From assembly GCF_006345805.1 (NCBI RefSeq), contig NC_043008.1, positions 44,330,001 to 44,394,000 on the forward strand: 64,000 nucleotides of DNA. The letters run 5' to 3'. Position 1 is the stretch's first letter; every line of letters begins with the position of its first letter. Positions 13,957 through 28,125 of this stretch are shown here, in pieces. The position numbers were made by a program, and so were the translations under genes. This DNA is from Octopus sinensis. Taxonomy: Eukaryota. The notes under the pieces were generated by a model. It saw nothing but the letters and a program-made list of their open reading frames with translations, did not search any database and was not told where the DNA came from.

Positions 13957-14439
13957 ATATATTAATTATTAGATAATCCATGACTTTTCTGGCACTAATA
14001 TCTGGGAGAGATACCTTAATATACTTCTACCAATTTGTGAGATGCCTGTGCTTGTTGTTCTTGTTCCTTTTCTTTTTTCTCCTTCTATTTCCTATAGGTT
14101 TTCTATTCTTCTTCTTCTTTTGCCCTGCATTGGCTCTCGAACAGACAGACATCGAACAAACACATCCTATACATGGCCATGTCACTTATTTCTTTTCACG
14201 TTATGTGTTCCATACAGTATTACTGAAAATGTCCTCTTTTATGATAGAACACTCTTATTTCCGAGATAGTTGGCTACTATTTCGTATAGATGGAGCGAAA
14301 GTATAGCAGCTCTCTGGTTGGCTCAAAGCCATTATCTGAGATGTAATTCATTTCTGTGTGCAACTATAATACTGACATCATTTTCAAAGTATAAATATAT
14401 CCAAAGCTATCATGTCTGTTTATATCCTCCATTTTAGCT

Positions 14440-14640
14440 TTTTGTCTACAGCAATTACATTAGCACTCTGCTTCATTATATATTTCTAGTGGGAAATCTT
14501 GTGCAGCGATCAAAAGCATTTCGTTCTCAACTATGAGTCCTGCGTTTTTCAGCCAATTTTTTTCTTTATTCATCGATTTTTCTTGCCCGTCTCGTCGAAT
14601 ATTGGTCATGTAGTATCATTCTTAGTCAACGTCTTAGTAT
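14440..14640 (-). mobile_element. Decayed non-LTR retrotransposon fragment (R4/Dong-like, post-RT region)
   Basis: Minus-strand translation LHDQY...NWLKNAGLIVENEMLLIAAQD resembles the LHGQY...WL..GL..ETEG.LIAAQD motif; stops and frameshifts present. Confidence 0.65.
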
Positions 14641-15569
14641 AATGTTCTGTAATCCAATTTTATCCAACTTTTAATATGTCCAGTGTATCATATTTCACAT
14701 GGAGGCAAAGGTTCAGGAAATTAGTTACTTATGTAGAGTATGCACATAATTAAATAAGGGTACAAATTGGTATTAATCAATTAAAACCAGTGCCCTAGCA
14801 TATTTTAAAAAATCCGAAGATTAAAAATTTTTTACATACATTTAGGTAAATTATTAACAAGTGAAACTAATTAGTGCATAGGTAATCGTTTTATTTCGTA
14901 TATTTCCATTTGTTTTGCTTATTTTTACGCTTTTGTTTTTGGCTGAATTGTTTGTTGAGAACATATTCTCCGTGGAAAATGGTGATTTTAACGTCTGTAT
15001 CTAGCATACAGGCTGTCCACGTTTAGTGGTCAATCCCCTAAATTTTGTACATAGTCACACAGAATAAGATATTGTGTCTATATGAAATATCCTTTGTCAT
15101 TAGTCATTTTATCATAAAATGAAAATAAAATCCTTCATGTGTTGGTTGATAAAATTTTACAGGTTGATTGTTATATCCACTGAAAATATTTCATATGCAT
15201 TTACAATTCAAAGTGACCATCCTTTGCCTCAACCGTAACCCTTTTATACTTTATTCTTGCTATTCTACATAAAAACCATTTTCAGTGTTATAATATGTTT
15301 GCATTTCGTTCCAGCCGCCATTTGTAATGACGAGTAAACAATAAAACGAAAGAATATGTAGAAGATTTATACAACATTTGCAACTAATTCTGTGAATAAC
15401 AATGCTTCAATATATGTTGGAATAACAAGTAATTTATTGTTTAAATAGGAGATAAACGTAATACGCCGCACCCAGTATATATTTTTATGTACATAACTAA
15501 ATATAGTGCAATGGATTGATACAATGCTGTGGCGATCGTATATATTATATACATACATACTTATATACA

Positions 15570-15740
15570 CAGTGTTGCATTTATAATCGCTAGATCATGG
15601 GTTCGATTCCTTGACTCGGTGGTGCGTTGTGTTCTTGAGCAAAACACTTCATTTCACGTTGCACCAGGCTCCTATTTGGTCAGCGGGGAATGTCAGTTGA
15701 ATGGTAATACGATGCAAAACGCATTGTGACCAGTAAAGGA
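15570..15740 (+). mobile_element. Old tRNA-derived SINE remnant
   Basis: B-box GGTTCGATTCC followed by GCGTTGTGTTCTTGAGCAAAACACTT, a V/CORE-like central motif. Confidence 0.55.
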
Positions 15741-15793
15741 TGGTCTCTTTCTTTCTTTTGTTATCTTACCGTTTTTACCAATATATATATAAT

Positions 15794-15867
<74 letters not shown>

Positions 15868-16188
15868 AAAATTAATCGAAGAACATATTAAGTATGTCTA
15901 CCTGCTGGAAATAACAGTCAAAACTATCATTTAAATCGCCAAAATACAATGATAATAACTACAGAAATCAACCGTACGGAGGCAAACGGGCTGAGCCAAT
16001 TTCCCTACGTACATTAAAGTATTTCGACTCACGTAGACCGGATTCTACACTGGCAAAAGTAGTCTTATCTTCCTCAGCATGCGTTAACATGATAGAGATA
16101 TTGGCTATTTTCTCATAAATGCTTATACGTTCATTCGCTGGATTTACCATTGCACGTAAAATGACACTACATATAAGACTAGATTTAG

Positions 16189-16257
<69 letters not shown>

Positions 16258-16258
<1 letters not shown>

Positions 16259-16458
16259 GCAAAGTTTACGAAAAGAAACAAAAGACGAAGGCAGGTGGTG
16301 TACAAACAAACTAATGTATTAGTATAGCGCTCAGGAAAAGAAAACGTCTTTTACGTTTCGAGCCTACGCTCTTCCCCAGAAAGATACACAGAAAAAAACA
16401 AGGAGAGAAACAAGGAGAGAGAAAAATGCGTGTAGAAGCTAACGATCTATCATGGCGT
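16258..16458 (-). mobile_element. Penelope pseudo-LTR-like repeat with hammerhead-like motif
   Basis: Inverted homolog of 38145-38325. Minus strand contains GAAGAGCGTAGGCTCGAAACGTAAAAGACGTTT. Confidence 0.6.
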
Positions 16459-17018
16459 ATACAAAAAAAGGCATAAAGGATGCAATAGGTATGAGAGTTC
16501 TCAAGTCTCACGCAAATTTGGCTTCTGCGATTCAGTTATCACTGTGTGTATTAATGTCCTTCCTTCTTCGATAAATAGGATATTAGTCAAGTAACAGATT
16601 CGATCAATCGATTAACAAATTCTCTCATAACATCTGACCTTGAGACTGAATTTCATACAATATAAAGTGGATTATCTATAAAATCACGCCTTGATAACTT
16701 TTAGGAAATAGCCCATGATATACAACAGCTGCTAATTCTGGTAGTATGATACTTCACAAAGTATCATTACGGACTACGTGTCGGCTCCATAATTGGTTGC
16801 CCTCGTCATTCCTCGTGTATAATTTCATTAGATTTAATTGTATCATTATACTAATAAACATTAAGATGGCATTAGGCTAACTGAAAACTGAAATTGTTAA
16901 CTACACAAAGAAAAAGGTATATACGACTGTTACTGATCTTTTCAAAAGCTTATCTATGACGTGTGTATGTATAAACGTAATCCTGTATAAAAGCATACAG
17001 ACATATGCATTTATGTAT

Positions 17019-17091
<73 letters not shown>

Positions 17092-17113
17092 TATATTACT
17101 TTGCATTCGTATG

Positions 17114-17189
<76 letters not shown>

Positions 17190-17191
17190 TA

Positions 17192-17270
<79 letters not shown>

Positions 17271-19479
17271 TAATTTATGGATGGTGTGTATAGTAACTTA
17301 GCTCCTATGAAAGCGAATAGATAACATTCTTACTTAAATACTTAAAAATATAAAATGAATTGCCGATACGTGAAAGTAAGTTCTGTAATATATTCTTTCA
17401 ACTTGTGTATTTATGGAGTTTCCAGTATCGCAATATCAGTGAACCACATGGTAATAAACTTAGAGTTAATTCAAATCTAATGTAATTTTAACTCCTCTCG
17501 AAAGACAAACGATGTATTAACAGAAACAATAAGATAAATATATAAAATCTTCTCCTGGAATCTTGACGGATTTTGCGTATATGATTTCGTTTTACTAATT
17601 ATGAAGTGAAAAGGAAATAGAATAAGAACAAAAATCTCATAAATATTAGGAGATGAAACAACAAAAAGATAACAAAATGAAAGCAATACATAATACGACG
17701 TTCAACTGCAAAACTAGTCGCTAGAACCAAAGTAAACTAATGGAAGAAACTTTGAAATGCACCTGATGTAACGCTAGAACATGTTAATAGTTAACTCCTG
17801 GTAATTAATTTGACGTACGTAATTTCGATTTCCAGAAGGAAATATTTTCCTTACAGTTGTTTGGTCGTAAAACCTAAGTTTACTATAAAACCAAATCGTA
17901 GATATAATATTCTTCATATTTTCCCAACATGTAGTCGCAACATGTGTGTGTGTGTGTTTGTGTGTTTGTGTGTGTTTGTCTCCCAACATCCAACAGTTTA
18001 AGAAATGAGCCGTTATCCAGGGACAGAATTCAGTATCTTGATTAGTATTGACACGTATCATTCCTCTCCCCACCTTTTATCCGCACAGCAAAATAAAGTT
18101 GGATTTCATGTCCTCGTATATATGTTCATGGGTAACACACATAAAGAGTGATAGATAAAGACTGCGTCTTTAATGGCGTTCCACTGTGTTGCGAACGTTG
18201 AGATTTATAATGATACAAATTTCGATACGGGTCCTCAGCAAATGATTCTGGTCTCTACTTCTACGTTGACGGTTTCCCAATCATGCTGCAGCCTCAATCA
18301 TAACGTAAATACTGGTTTGGCTGCAGTTAATTTTATGCGGCAAATTAAAACGTGTTAGTCGTAGGGTAAAGGAAATAAATAAATATATATATATATATAC
18401 AAATATACAAATAAATGAATAAAATAATATAACTGTTGCTCCCAAATAATTTTCGCTCCGGAACCATTTTGAAGGAAACACAACCGCCAGCATTTCCAAA
18501 TCAATTCTTTGCCTTTTCTGATTGATGTCGAGATAATCATCCGTAGAAATAATCACAGCATACTGCACTGCCTCTTTCAGCGTAACCCTTTCACCAGATT
18601 GTGTTATACGGCAGTCGTCACGAAATTAATAATATATTTAAAGTCATTCAAATGATCTCAGAATGTTAGACGTACGCGTTATATTATTCGTTCCATCATT
18701 TCTATAGTCAATGACTTATTTAACAACTAAATCTGAAGGTAATCACACATAGAGAAAAACGGTGAGAACTATTTAATATGTATTAATTTGCTTAAAATTT
18801 TAATATAGAGATAGCAAAAGTAAATTAGAAATTTATGATATGTATATCTATGGAACGGACTGCGAAAGACATGTCATTGAAGCATTTCCAGGCAGGAAAT
18901 ACAAGTTCTCTAAACACTCAAGTAGTTTAATGTCAACTTTAAGGACATCAGCGAAGTTGCCGTTGATTATATAAAGGGCTGTGCTTATGCAAACATCTCG
19001 ATTTTCGTTTCTGCCAAAGTACACAAAGGCCTGTTATCAAGACACACAATAAAGCTCACATTTTCCTAGCAGAATGAGGAGGGATTGCTTTGTAAATAAA
19101 AATCATTTAATTTCACACAATACGACGCATTCTTTACTGATACTTTATAAACTAAACTTTATAAACAAATGCTGATGAAAGCTAAAAGAATAAACATACT
19201 TCACACCAGAATACAGATCCAGATGTCAATCTTTACAGCGTGTGAAGCGAACAATTTGGTATTTAAAACCTTCCGCTTCTTCTAGAATCACTTCAGAAAA
19301 GTTGTTTTCGTTGAAGCTGCCAGAATCTATCACTGAATGATCAGATGTGATTTTGATACAGTACACGGTGTATAATAATTGTATAACTCCCAGCCCGCAA
19401 AAGTCCTTCTGTTCTGAACCAGTGAAGTGTAAAAGATCTAACAACAAATTATTAAATATAATAGATGCAATTTTTAAAT

Positions 19480-20400
19480 ATGGTGGATCGTGCATAACGA
19501 AAGTGTTTCGCCTGTTCTAAGTCCATTGGAGTAGGTGAGGCTTATTCTGGTAGAGCTGAGGGAGTCGATTGAAATCATAGTGGGGATAGTCATAAAAATC
19601 AAGATTTATTTGAAGCAATATCATGAAATTTGGTAACAGAAAGCTTAAGTCAAGATGTTAGTTGACAATTAAGGGGGTTGGCTACTAGCAGACCATTGAT
19701 AATGAAAACAGGGGAAAGCTTATCATGTGGTACTATAGTAAAATATTTTAAGTTATACTGCTATATTTTATAAAGTTAAAGTTTAGGGTTGTTCAGAGGA
19801 TTATTAAGAAGGATGACTATAACAAAAGGATAAAATGTTTTAAGTAATACTTTCGAGTATATACCAAACTTTTACCAAAGTAGAGGGAGGAAAAGAAAAT
19901 TATCCAGAAATAGTTTACTATTTATACATATTATAGACTTAAATACTAATCAGAGAGTATCAGTGGATATTGATCAATTGATAAATACTGGTATTTAATA
20001 AAGGAGTACTGAGGTAAAAGAAGATACTAACAATGAATTAATTTAATTATAATCTGAGCAGTTTATTTTAAGTAGTGAATATACCAGTATTGTTATATAT
20101 AAGCTAAGAATGAGCTTATAGAGGTACAAATATTGGATTTATTTTATAAATAAATAAATAAAGGCTGTTATGAAATAACAAAGGAATAAAATAATTTGGT
20201 AGGGTAGAACACCATAGAAAAGGAATATAATCGCTTAATCAGTGATGTAATGGATGAATTGTTCAATTAAATGGAGTTGCGTCAAACGATCGTACTGCAT
20301 TATCTCTGGATATCCTTGTTGCTTATTTTGAAATTGTATGGATAATACCGTACTAAATTCTGGTGCATCAACTTAAGTGCCATGTTCATCAAAATCTATA
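19480..20400 (-). mobile_element. Probable decayed Penelope-like remnant
   Basis: Degenerate hammerhead-like core on the minus strand at ~19503-19551 (CAGAATAA-GCCT...AGGC-GAAAC). No intact ORF; boundaries are approximate. Confidence 0.35.
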
Positions 20401-20847
20401 TATGTATATATGTATGGATGTATATATATATATAATGAAAAATATCCACATGTATGTTAGAGTACGACTTTTGTATGTATGCCAAGCGTATTCCCTCAAG
20501 CTGATCAATGCCGACGGTGTGGCAGTATAAATATTCATTAATAATTAAAAAATAAAACAAATCATTTCCAGTTCATTATGAAAGTGATAATTTAATGCAT
20601 GAATTTCTAATTAGACGTCAGCAGATGATTGTTAATTGATGTTGGAGTGTTACGCTCTCTCCAGAGAACATTGCATTCTAATATACAGTCATAGGGGCAC
20701 ATATGCACATATGCACATATGCACACGGTCACTGCCATATGCACGTATAATGCAGACATCCCAAAGCAAACTTAACGATGTTTAGCTATGTACACACACG
20801 CATATAAACACACACTAACACGCACTTATACACACACACACGCACAC

Positions 20848-20879
<32 letters not shown>

Positions 20880-20880
<1 letters not shown>

Positions 20881-21248
20881 CTAGCAGTATCGCCCGGCGT
20901 TGCTCAGGTTTGTAAGGGAAATAACTATAAAGCATTTTTAGAGAGTTATAGCCAAAAAATAGCAAAAAAATGGAAAAAAAATGATGGTAAATTTTTTTTG
21001 AGAGTTAAAAAAGGTGGAGTTGCGTCCCCTAGACGGTCTGTGGTTTGGGTTTCTGATTCTCGACGCCATGTCGAATTATCGATTTTTTTCAGAACTGGGG
21101 GAACTTTTCAAAATTTTCGCTGCGTTAGTTTTGAATTATGACATTGGGCTATGTGTGTGTCAAGTTTCATCAGAATCGGTTGAAAGCCGTGGTCAGAGTG
21201 AGGGTACGAGAAAACAGACACACAGAAACGCACAGACAAACTGCCGTT

Positions 21249-21250
<2 letters not shown>
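20880..21250 (-). mobile_element. Non-autonomous Helitron-type element
   Basis: Minus strand ends in a GC-rich subterminal stretch plus CTAG|T (GCAACGCCGGGCGATACTGCTAGT), the canonical Helitron 3' end. Inserted in (TA)n without a TSD. Confidence 0.7.
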
Positions 21251-21332
<82 letters not shown>

Positions 21333-21420
21333 TATATATATATATACATACATATACATATATGCATTCTCATACTTTTGTCGGCACGATTTCTTACCAC
21401 ACAACCACTCCTGCGCATAA

Positions 21421-21467
<47 letters not shown>

Positions 21468-21869
21468 TATATATATATATATCAATATTTATATCTATAT
21501 TTATGTATATATATATACATATGATATGTCGCTGTTGATTTTCGTGAGTCCCTAGCTATTAAGCTAAGTGCATAGAAGTTCTTGCGTAATGCTAGAGTAG
21601 TGCGTTTCGAAACCTAACGTAGGAGCCTGCACGAAGAGAGGATTACGACGTATGAACAACGCCATCGGCCGCCATTCGGTGTCACTCTCAGTGCCCTCAG
21701 CACTCTGCGATCTAGCTATCTTGTATCCGTTTGTTAGTGACGTCAGCACCCGTGAGAAACAATGTATTGGGGATGGTGGAGGATGAATCTCCTGGACCGA
21801 CGTTCTTGTCAACTTGGATAGGCCTCAGAAGGATGTATGCTTATGTACGTATATATTATGTATGTGTCG

Positions 21870-22237
21870 AGGCGCAATGGCGCAGTGCTTAGGGCAGCGG
21901 ACTCGCGGTTTCGATTCCCAGACCGGGCGTTGTGAGTGTTTATTGAGCGAAAACACCTAAAGCTCATCGAGGCTCCGGCGGGGATGGTGGTGATCCCTGC
22001 TGTACTCTTTCACCACAACTTTCTCTCACTCTTACTTCCTGTTTCTGTTGTACCTGTACTTCAAAGGGCCGGCCTTGTCACTCTCTGTGTCACGCTGAAT
22101 ATCTCCGAGAACTACGTTAAGGGTACACGTGTCTGTGGAGTGCTCAGCCACTTACACGTTAATTTCACGAGCAGGCTGTTCTGTTGATTCGGATCAACCG
22201 GAACCCTCGTCGTCATAACCGACGTAGTGCTTCCATA
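21870..22237 (+). mobile_element. tRNA-derived SINE family C, near full length
   Basis: Head GAGGCGCAATGGCGCAGTGCTTAGGGCAGCGGACTCGCGG...GTTTCGATTCCC; body near-identical to the reverse complement of 49510-49896. Confidence 0.9.
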
Positions 22238-22852
22238 CATTATGTATGTATGTATGTATGTATGTATGTATGTATGTATGTATGTATGCGTCAATCAATC
22301 TATCTATAGACACACACACACATATTTGTATATGTACACACAATACCGTGCAAACGTCGCATTTCACCCTTTCATTCAGAACCCCTACTACAAAATATAA
22401 TGATTAGGTAACGAAATGACTCCAACAGGGCCAATGTTTCATCTATAGAATACACGATACTAAACATCCGATCATATGTTGGTAATCAATAGAAATTCAC
22501 AATAGTTTAAAATGGCCGAAGTCATTTGCACGATACTATACATAATTACGAAATTATCCTGTCGTTGGAAAAAAGTACCAAAAGTTATTTTTTGTCTCAG
22601 ATTTTCGTACTGTCCCTCTAGTAATGGATATTAATGGTACCTCTGTGCGAAACAGTCTGTGAAAGTGAAAGAATGGGATTTTTTTTTTATTCAGTATTAC
22701 TCTATTGTTTGTAAATACACCATAGTATCTTATTCCAACCAAGTTCTCATTTCTGCATGTTTTTTTCTGATTTTACCTTATTTCCTTGTGACATGACCAT
22801 TCACCATTGTTTGTGAGCTGAGCCGAGATTGTAGGAGCGTCTTTATATTGCT

Positions 22853-22970
22853 TTCATAATTTTGGCACAAGGCCAGCAGGTTTTTTTTTTTTGGCATAGT
22901 GTACGTCAATTATATCCAACCCGAAAGGATGAACGGCAAAGCCGACCTAGTTAGAATTTGAAGTCGAGAT
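22853..22970 (-). mobile_element. SINE family B fragment (tail type B2)
   Basis: CCCGAAAGGATGAACGGCAAAGCCGACC core plus TTTTGGCACAAGGCCAGC tail. Confidence 0.6.
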
Positions 22971-23309
22971 GATTTTCTCCATTAGGATTTTCTCCATTGA
23001 AGCTAAATAACATCACCAGCACGACTTCCAACACCAACACGATGACGAGGACGATGACCAAAACCACCAAAACCACCACCACCACCACCACTATAAAAAC
23101 AACAAAATCAGAAAAGCATCAAAACAGCTCAATAAATATACCGTTCCATGAATGAATCGGAAACATTTTATGCTGCGTAGGAGGTAATACAAATCGAAGT
23201 GGACAATATTTTTAATGTCTCTCTATCTACCTATCCATCCATCCTCTATCAATCTATCCTCTTTACTTACTTTCTTTTTTCTTTCTATCTTTCTTTCTAT
23301 CTATCTATC

Positions 23310-23353
<44 letters not shown>

Positions 23354-23458
23354 CCTATATACATACAATATATATACACACACGTATCTGTCTTTCTATC
23401 TATTTATTTATTTATCTACATAGCTATATACATATATATATACACTCATATGTATCTA

Positions 23459-23538
<80 letters not shown>

Positions 23539-23632
23539 TATATATATATATATATATAGGAAGATAGACAGATAGATAGACAGATAGATAGACAGATAGA
23601 TAGGCACATAGATAGATAGACACTTAGATAGT

Positions 23633-23695
<63 letters not shown>

Positions 23696-24468
23696 AGACG
23701 TAACCCCGGTGATATATTATCTATGTGTACATTTATGTCGACAGTCTCCTTACTGATCTGTTTAAAATCTGAACTGAAAATTAACGTAAGAATTAATTGA
23801 AAATAAATAGTGATTATAAAATAATAAACTTGTATTGTTTATAACATTAATAGCTTTGAGTCTCAAGAGAGAAATTTAAAGCAGAAAGCTATAATTAATG
23901 TAGCAAATAAACGAAAAACAAGGTAAAGAGATGAGATGTTGAGGGGAATAATGACAGGAGTGAAAATGTAATTTTTATCCGTGTATTTTATTCCGAAGCT
24001 GTAGACAATAAAAATATAAATGCAATTAACGGCATCAGCAGTAAAAACGTATCCAATACGTAACAAAATTGTAACGTTCGGTTACTGAGGGCAGCCAGAC
24101 TTCATGGCCTACATATTTCCGGGATTTTCGAATTGGGTGAGAAGAAGATGCATGTTATACGTAAAGGGATGTCTATGCGGATAGCATTAAATTATTCGCT
24201 TATGACATTGGCACTTCTGATACGACCTTGTAGAATCGAAACTGGAATCTCATAATTGCGAAGGGAAAGTAGTTACCATTTTCGTAACAGTTACGAAAGC
24301 GCTAAATGAATAATTTTTAACCACATATAAAATTTTTATTTGATGTAAAAAAAAACCTGTACACTACTTCAAAGGATTTCCAGCGTTAAACTAATCTGTT
24401 TGTTGTCTACACCACCTGTCTCTGTCTTTCTTTTTTGTGAATTCACCCTATATATATATATATATATA

Positions 24469-24527
<59 letters not shown>

Positions 24528-25466
24528 GTAGTAATATTGCTATCCTCACTGTTTAAGAAAAACATCAGGAATGATCTTGTTTGAGATTACAACCGTCTTT
24601 GGCTAGTTTAAACCTTTTGTGTCCACTGATCTGATTGGTTAGCGTCTAACGCGGTCTGTCTCTCTACTTATTTCGCGCCAGTGTGTAAACTGACCAACCA
24701 CGGCTTTTGGATAGATCTGTGAATTGAGTCATATTCACTCCTAAATAGGCTAGTATTTCCACTATTCATCGTCTTTCGGCTTTAGACCAACTAAGGTCTA
24801 GTCGGAGACCACACAGAGCTTACTCAGCCATGTTCCAGTTCGAACGACAGCTAGCCAACCATACTATGAAGACGCTATTGTATACCAGCGACAGACAGAA
24901 TGTCATTACCAACGTCGTCTGCATCACAAGATTTCAACTTGTACACAACAACACAAATACACAGATTCATCTCACCCCGTTTGTGTTAAACTATCGCCAC
25001 GGAAAAACAGTTGCAGTATATATATCTGAAAGAACAATCTATACCAAGAGAAACCTGCACAACAAGTGATTTAACTAGTCTACACTTCGAGACGCAAATC
25101 TTGTTATAAAACTTATTATCGTGTACCACGTGAACTGGTAAAATAACTATCTTAACTCAATATGCTGAGACTTCTCTTATGCTCTATAATTCTATTCTAT
25201 TCCCATGCACCTTTATCTGTACCTTCTGTCCCACACACAAACACACAGACACAAATATTATACATATGCATTCATACCACAAAACTACGCTGGTAATGAC
25301 AACTCACTTTGTACACTGTGACTAAAGTCTATCTTCTCTCTATAAAAGTAGAACGGCGTGACGTCCTTTATTCATTTCCTTTGGCACTGTATAATATATT
25401 CATGTATCATGGCTTTCTCTTATTATTAATTTGTTAGATATACGGCCGTGCAGCGTACAAGAGGAG

Positions 25467-25582
25467 ACCTTGGGCAAGTGTCTTCTGCTACAGCCTCGAG
25501 ACGATCAAATCATTATGAGTGGATGTCGGAGACGGAAACAGAAAGAAGCTTGTCGTATACATACTTAATATAACATATATAT

Positions 25583-25641
<59 letters not shown>

Positions 25642-25860
25642 TTATTGTGAGTGATTGTGTGTCTGTGTTCCTTCCCACCATCGCTTGACAACCGATGCTC
25701 GTGTGTTTACGTCCACGTAACTCAGCGATTCGGCAAAGTACCCCGATAGAATAAGTACTAGGTTTACAAAGGATTAGTCCTGGAATCGATTTGTTCAACT
25801 AAAGGCGGTGCTCTGGCATTGCCGCAGTCAAATGAATGAAACAAATACAAAAATAAAAGA

Positions 25861-25861
<1 letters not shown>
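25467..25861 (+). mobile_element. SINE family A, 5'-truncated and diverged
   Basis: Starts at ACCTTGGGCAAGTGTCTTC; expanded internal (TA)n; tail AAATGAATGAAACAAAT...AAAAGA. Confidence 0.8.
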
Positions 25862-25940
<79 letters not shown>

Positions 25941-26197
25941 TATGCATGTACACATATCATGCCTACATGTATGCATACATGCATGTAATGTCTACATGTA
26001 TGCATAATGAACTGCATTTCAGCAGTAATGGTCTAAATGTGTGTCAGTATGTCCAGGATTTAATTCCAATCAAAGATTCGTATCGACCAACTACACAAAT
26101 CGCTATTATCAATTCTGCTAGTTTTACAAGAGAAATGCGACGTAAAGTGCAATTATCCTTAAATTAGGGTTACGTTTATATTATTATTAATGTTATT

Positions 26198-26375
26198 GAT
26201 CATCATCATCATCATCATCTTCTTCTTCTTCTTCTTCTTCTTCTTCTTCTTCTTCTTCTTCTTTTTCTTCTTCTTCTTTACCCCTTCTCCTTCTTCTTCT
26301 TCTCCTTCTTCACCCCTTCTCCTTCTTCTTCTTCTTCTTTTCTTCTTCTTTTCCTTCTTCTTCTTCATCATCATC

Positions 26376-26407
<32 letters not shown>

Positions 26408-26595
26408 CTTCTTCTACTTCTTCTCCGCCTCCTCCTCATTCTTCTCCACCTCCTCCTCATTCTTCTTCTTTTTCTCCTTCCTCTTCTTCTTTTCCTTTCT
26501 CTTCTTCTTCTTTTTTTCTTTTTCTTATCATCATCATCATCATCATCATCACTACTATTATTACCGTTGTTATCACCATTACTATTATTATTTAT
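26198..26595. repeat. Pyrimidine-rich (CAT)n-(CTT)n-(CAT)n low-complexity tract
   Basis: Read directly from the sequence. Confidence 0.9.
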
Positions 26596-27029
26596 TTATA
26601 AATGGAGTATTTAAGGCTACACTTAATATTTGGATATGGAAGATATATTAAATATTGTTCATAGCACGTTTGAATTATATGAGTAAATATCGTGAAACGA
26701 TAAAAAAAAAGGAGAACGACGCGCTTTGAGCTATTTTCAACAGAATAATTAGAGGATTATGTCGTAGCCTGAACAGAATTTCGAATTTCAACCGAGTTAT
26801 ATTTGACAATTAAATTATATTATTTAGTCAGATAGGCTTTTACTTGAATCGTGCAAATATATTTAGGAAGAGATTCAGGGAGTAAAAATGAAAGACAGGT
26901 GTAGTAATTGCTAATTGAATTTCATGCGAATCTATGGAAATTAAGTTTGTAGTTTCGGTCGACGACTTGAATACAATTAAGTCAAAAAGAGTGAGTGTGG
27001 AGACGGAGAGTGTGGTTTTTGAGATGTAG

Positions 27030-27247
27030 ACAGAAGAAGAAAACGATGGAGGAGGGGGAGGAAAAGAATAAGAAAAGGAAGAAGGAAAAGAAGAAGGAGG
27101 AGGAGAAGGAAAAGAAGGTGAAGTAAAAGAAGAAGAAGAAGAAGAAGAAGAAAAGGAGGTGAGCAGAAGAAGATGAAGAAAAAAGACGAAAGAGAAGGAA
27201 AAGGAGATAAGGAGAAGAAGATGAAGACGAAAAAGAAGAAAAAGAAG

Positions 27248-27279
<32 letters not shown>

Positions 27280-28125
27280 GAAGAAAGAAAGAAAATGAGA
27301 AGGAGAAGAAGAAAAAGGAAAAGATGGAGGAGAAGAAAAAGGAGAAGAAAAAGTAGAAGGAGAAGGAGATGAGGGGTTTGGGAGTTGGACGGAATGGTTC
27401 ATGAAGATGTTCTGTCTGATGTAAATGATGATAATGATGATGATGACGATGATGATTTTGTTGATGATGATTAGGAGGAGGATGACGATGATGATGGTGA
27501 TGATGATGAAGGGAAGAGATTGAAATTGAATATGGTGCTGATGATCAGATTAAAGATGGTGATGATGATGATGATGATGAAGGGGAGGAGGAGGAGGAGG
27601 AGGAGGAGGTTAAACATGATAGTGATCATAATAAAGGGGTTCATATTGATGATCTTGATAATGATGACAATAGGGATGGCGATGGTAGGGGGGACCATGA
27701 ATTTGATTATGCTATTGGTGATGATGACGATGTGGATGCTGATGGTGATGCTGCTGATGTTAACAATAAAGATAGCACTGAAGATAAGACAATGAGGATT
27801 GTCGTGGGGCTAATGAGAGAAAATAAGAGAAAGTATGAGAATGATAATAATGTTGATTAGATTGACGCTGCTGACGCTGCTGCTAATGCTAATGCTGGTG
27901 ATGAGGACGACGATGATGAGGATGACGACGATGATGATGATGGCGACGATGACGATGTTGACGACGACAACGACGACGACGATGATGATGACGACGACGA
28001 CGACGACAACGATGATGATGATGATGATGATCATGATCATGATCATGATAATGATCATGATGATGATCATGATGATAATCATGATGATGATGATGATGGT
28101 GAAGAAGGTGATGAACGATGACATC
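27030..28125. repeat. Purine-rich (GAA/GGA)n tract followed by (GAT/GAC)n low-complexity tract
   Basis: Read directly; no uninterrupted reading frame across the tract. Confidence 0.9.

Noticed and set aside
18420-18625. Minus-strand peptide SGERVTLKEAVQ resembling a plectin repeat
   Set aside because: Short match, an upstream in-frame stop and no usable splice acceptor.
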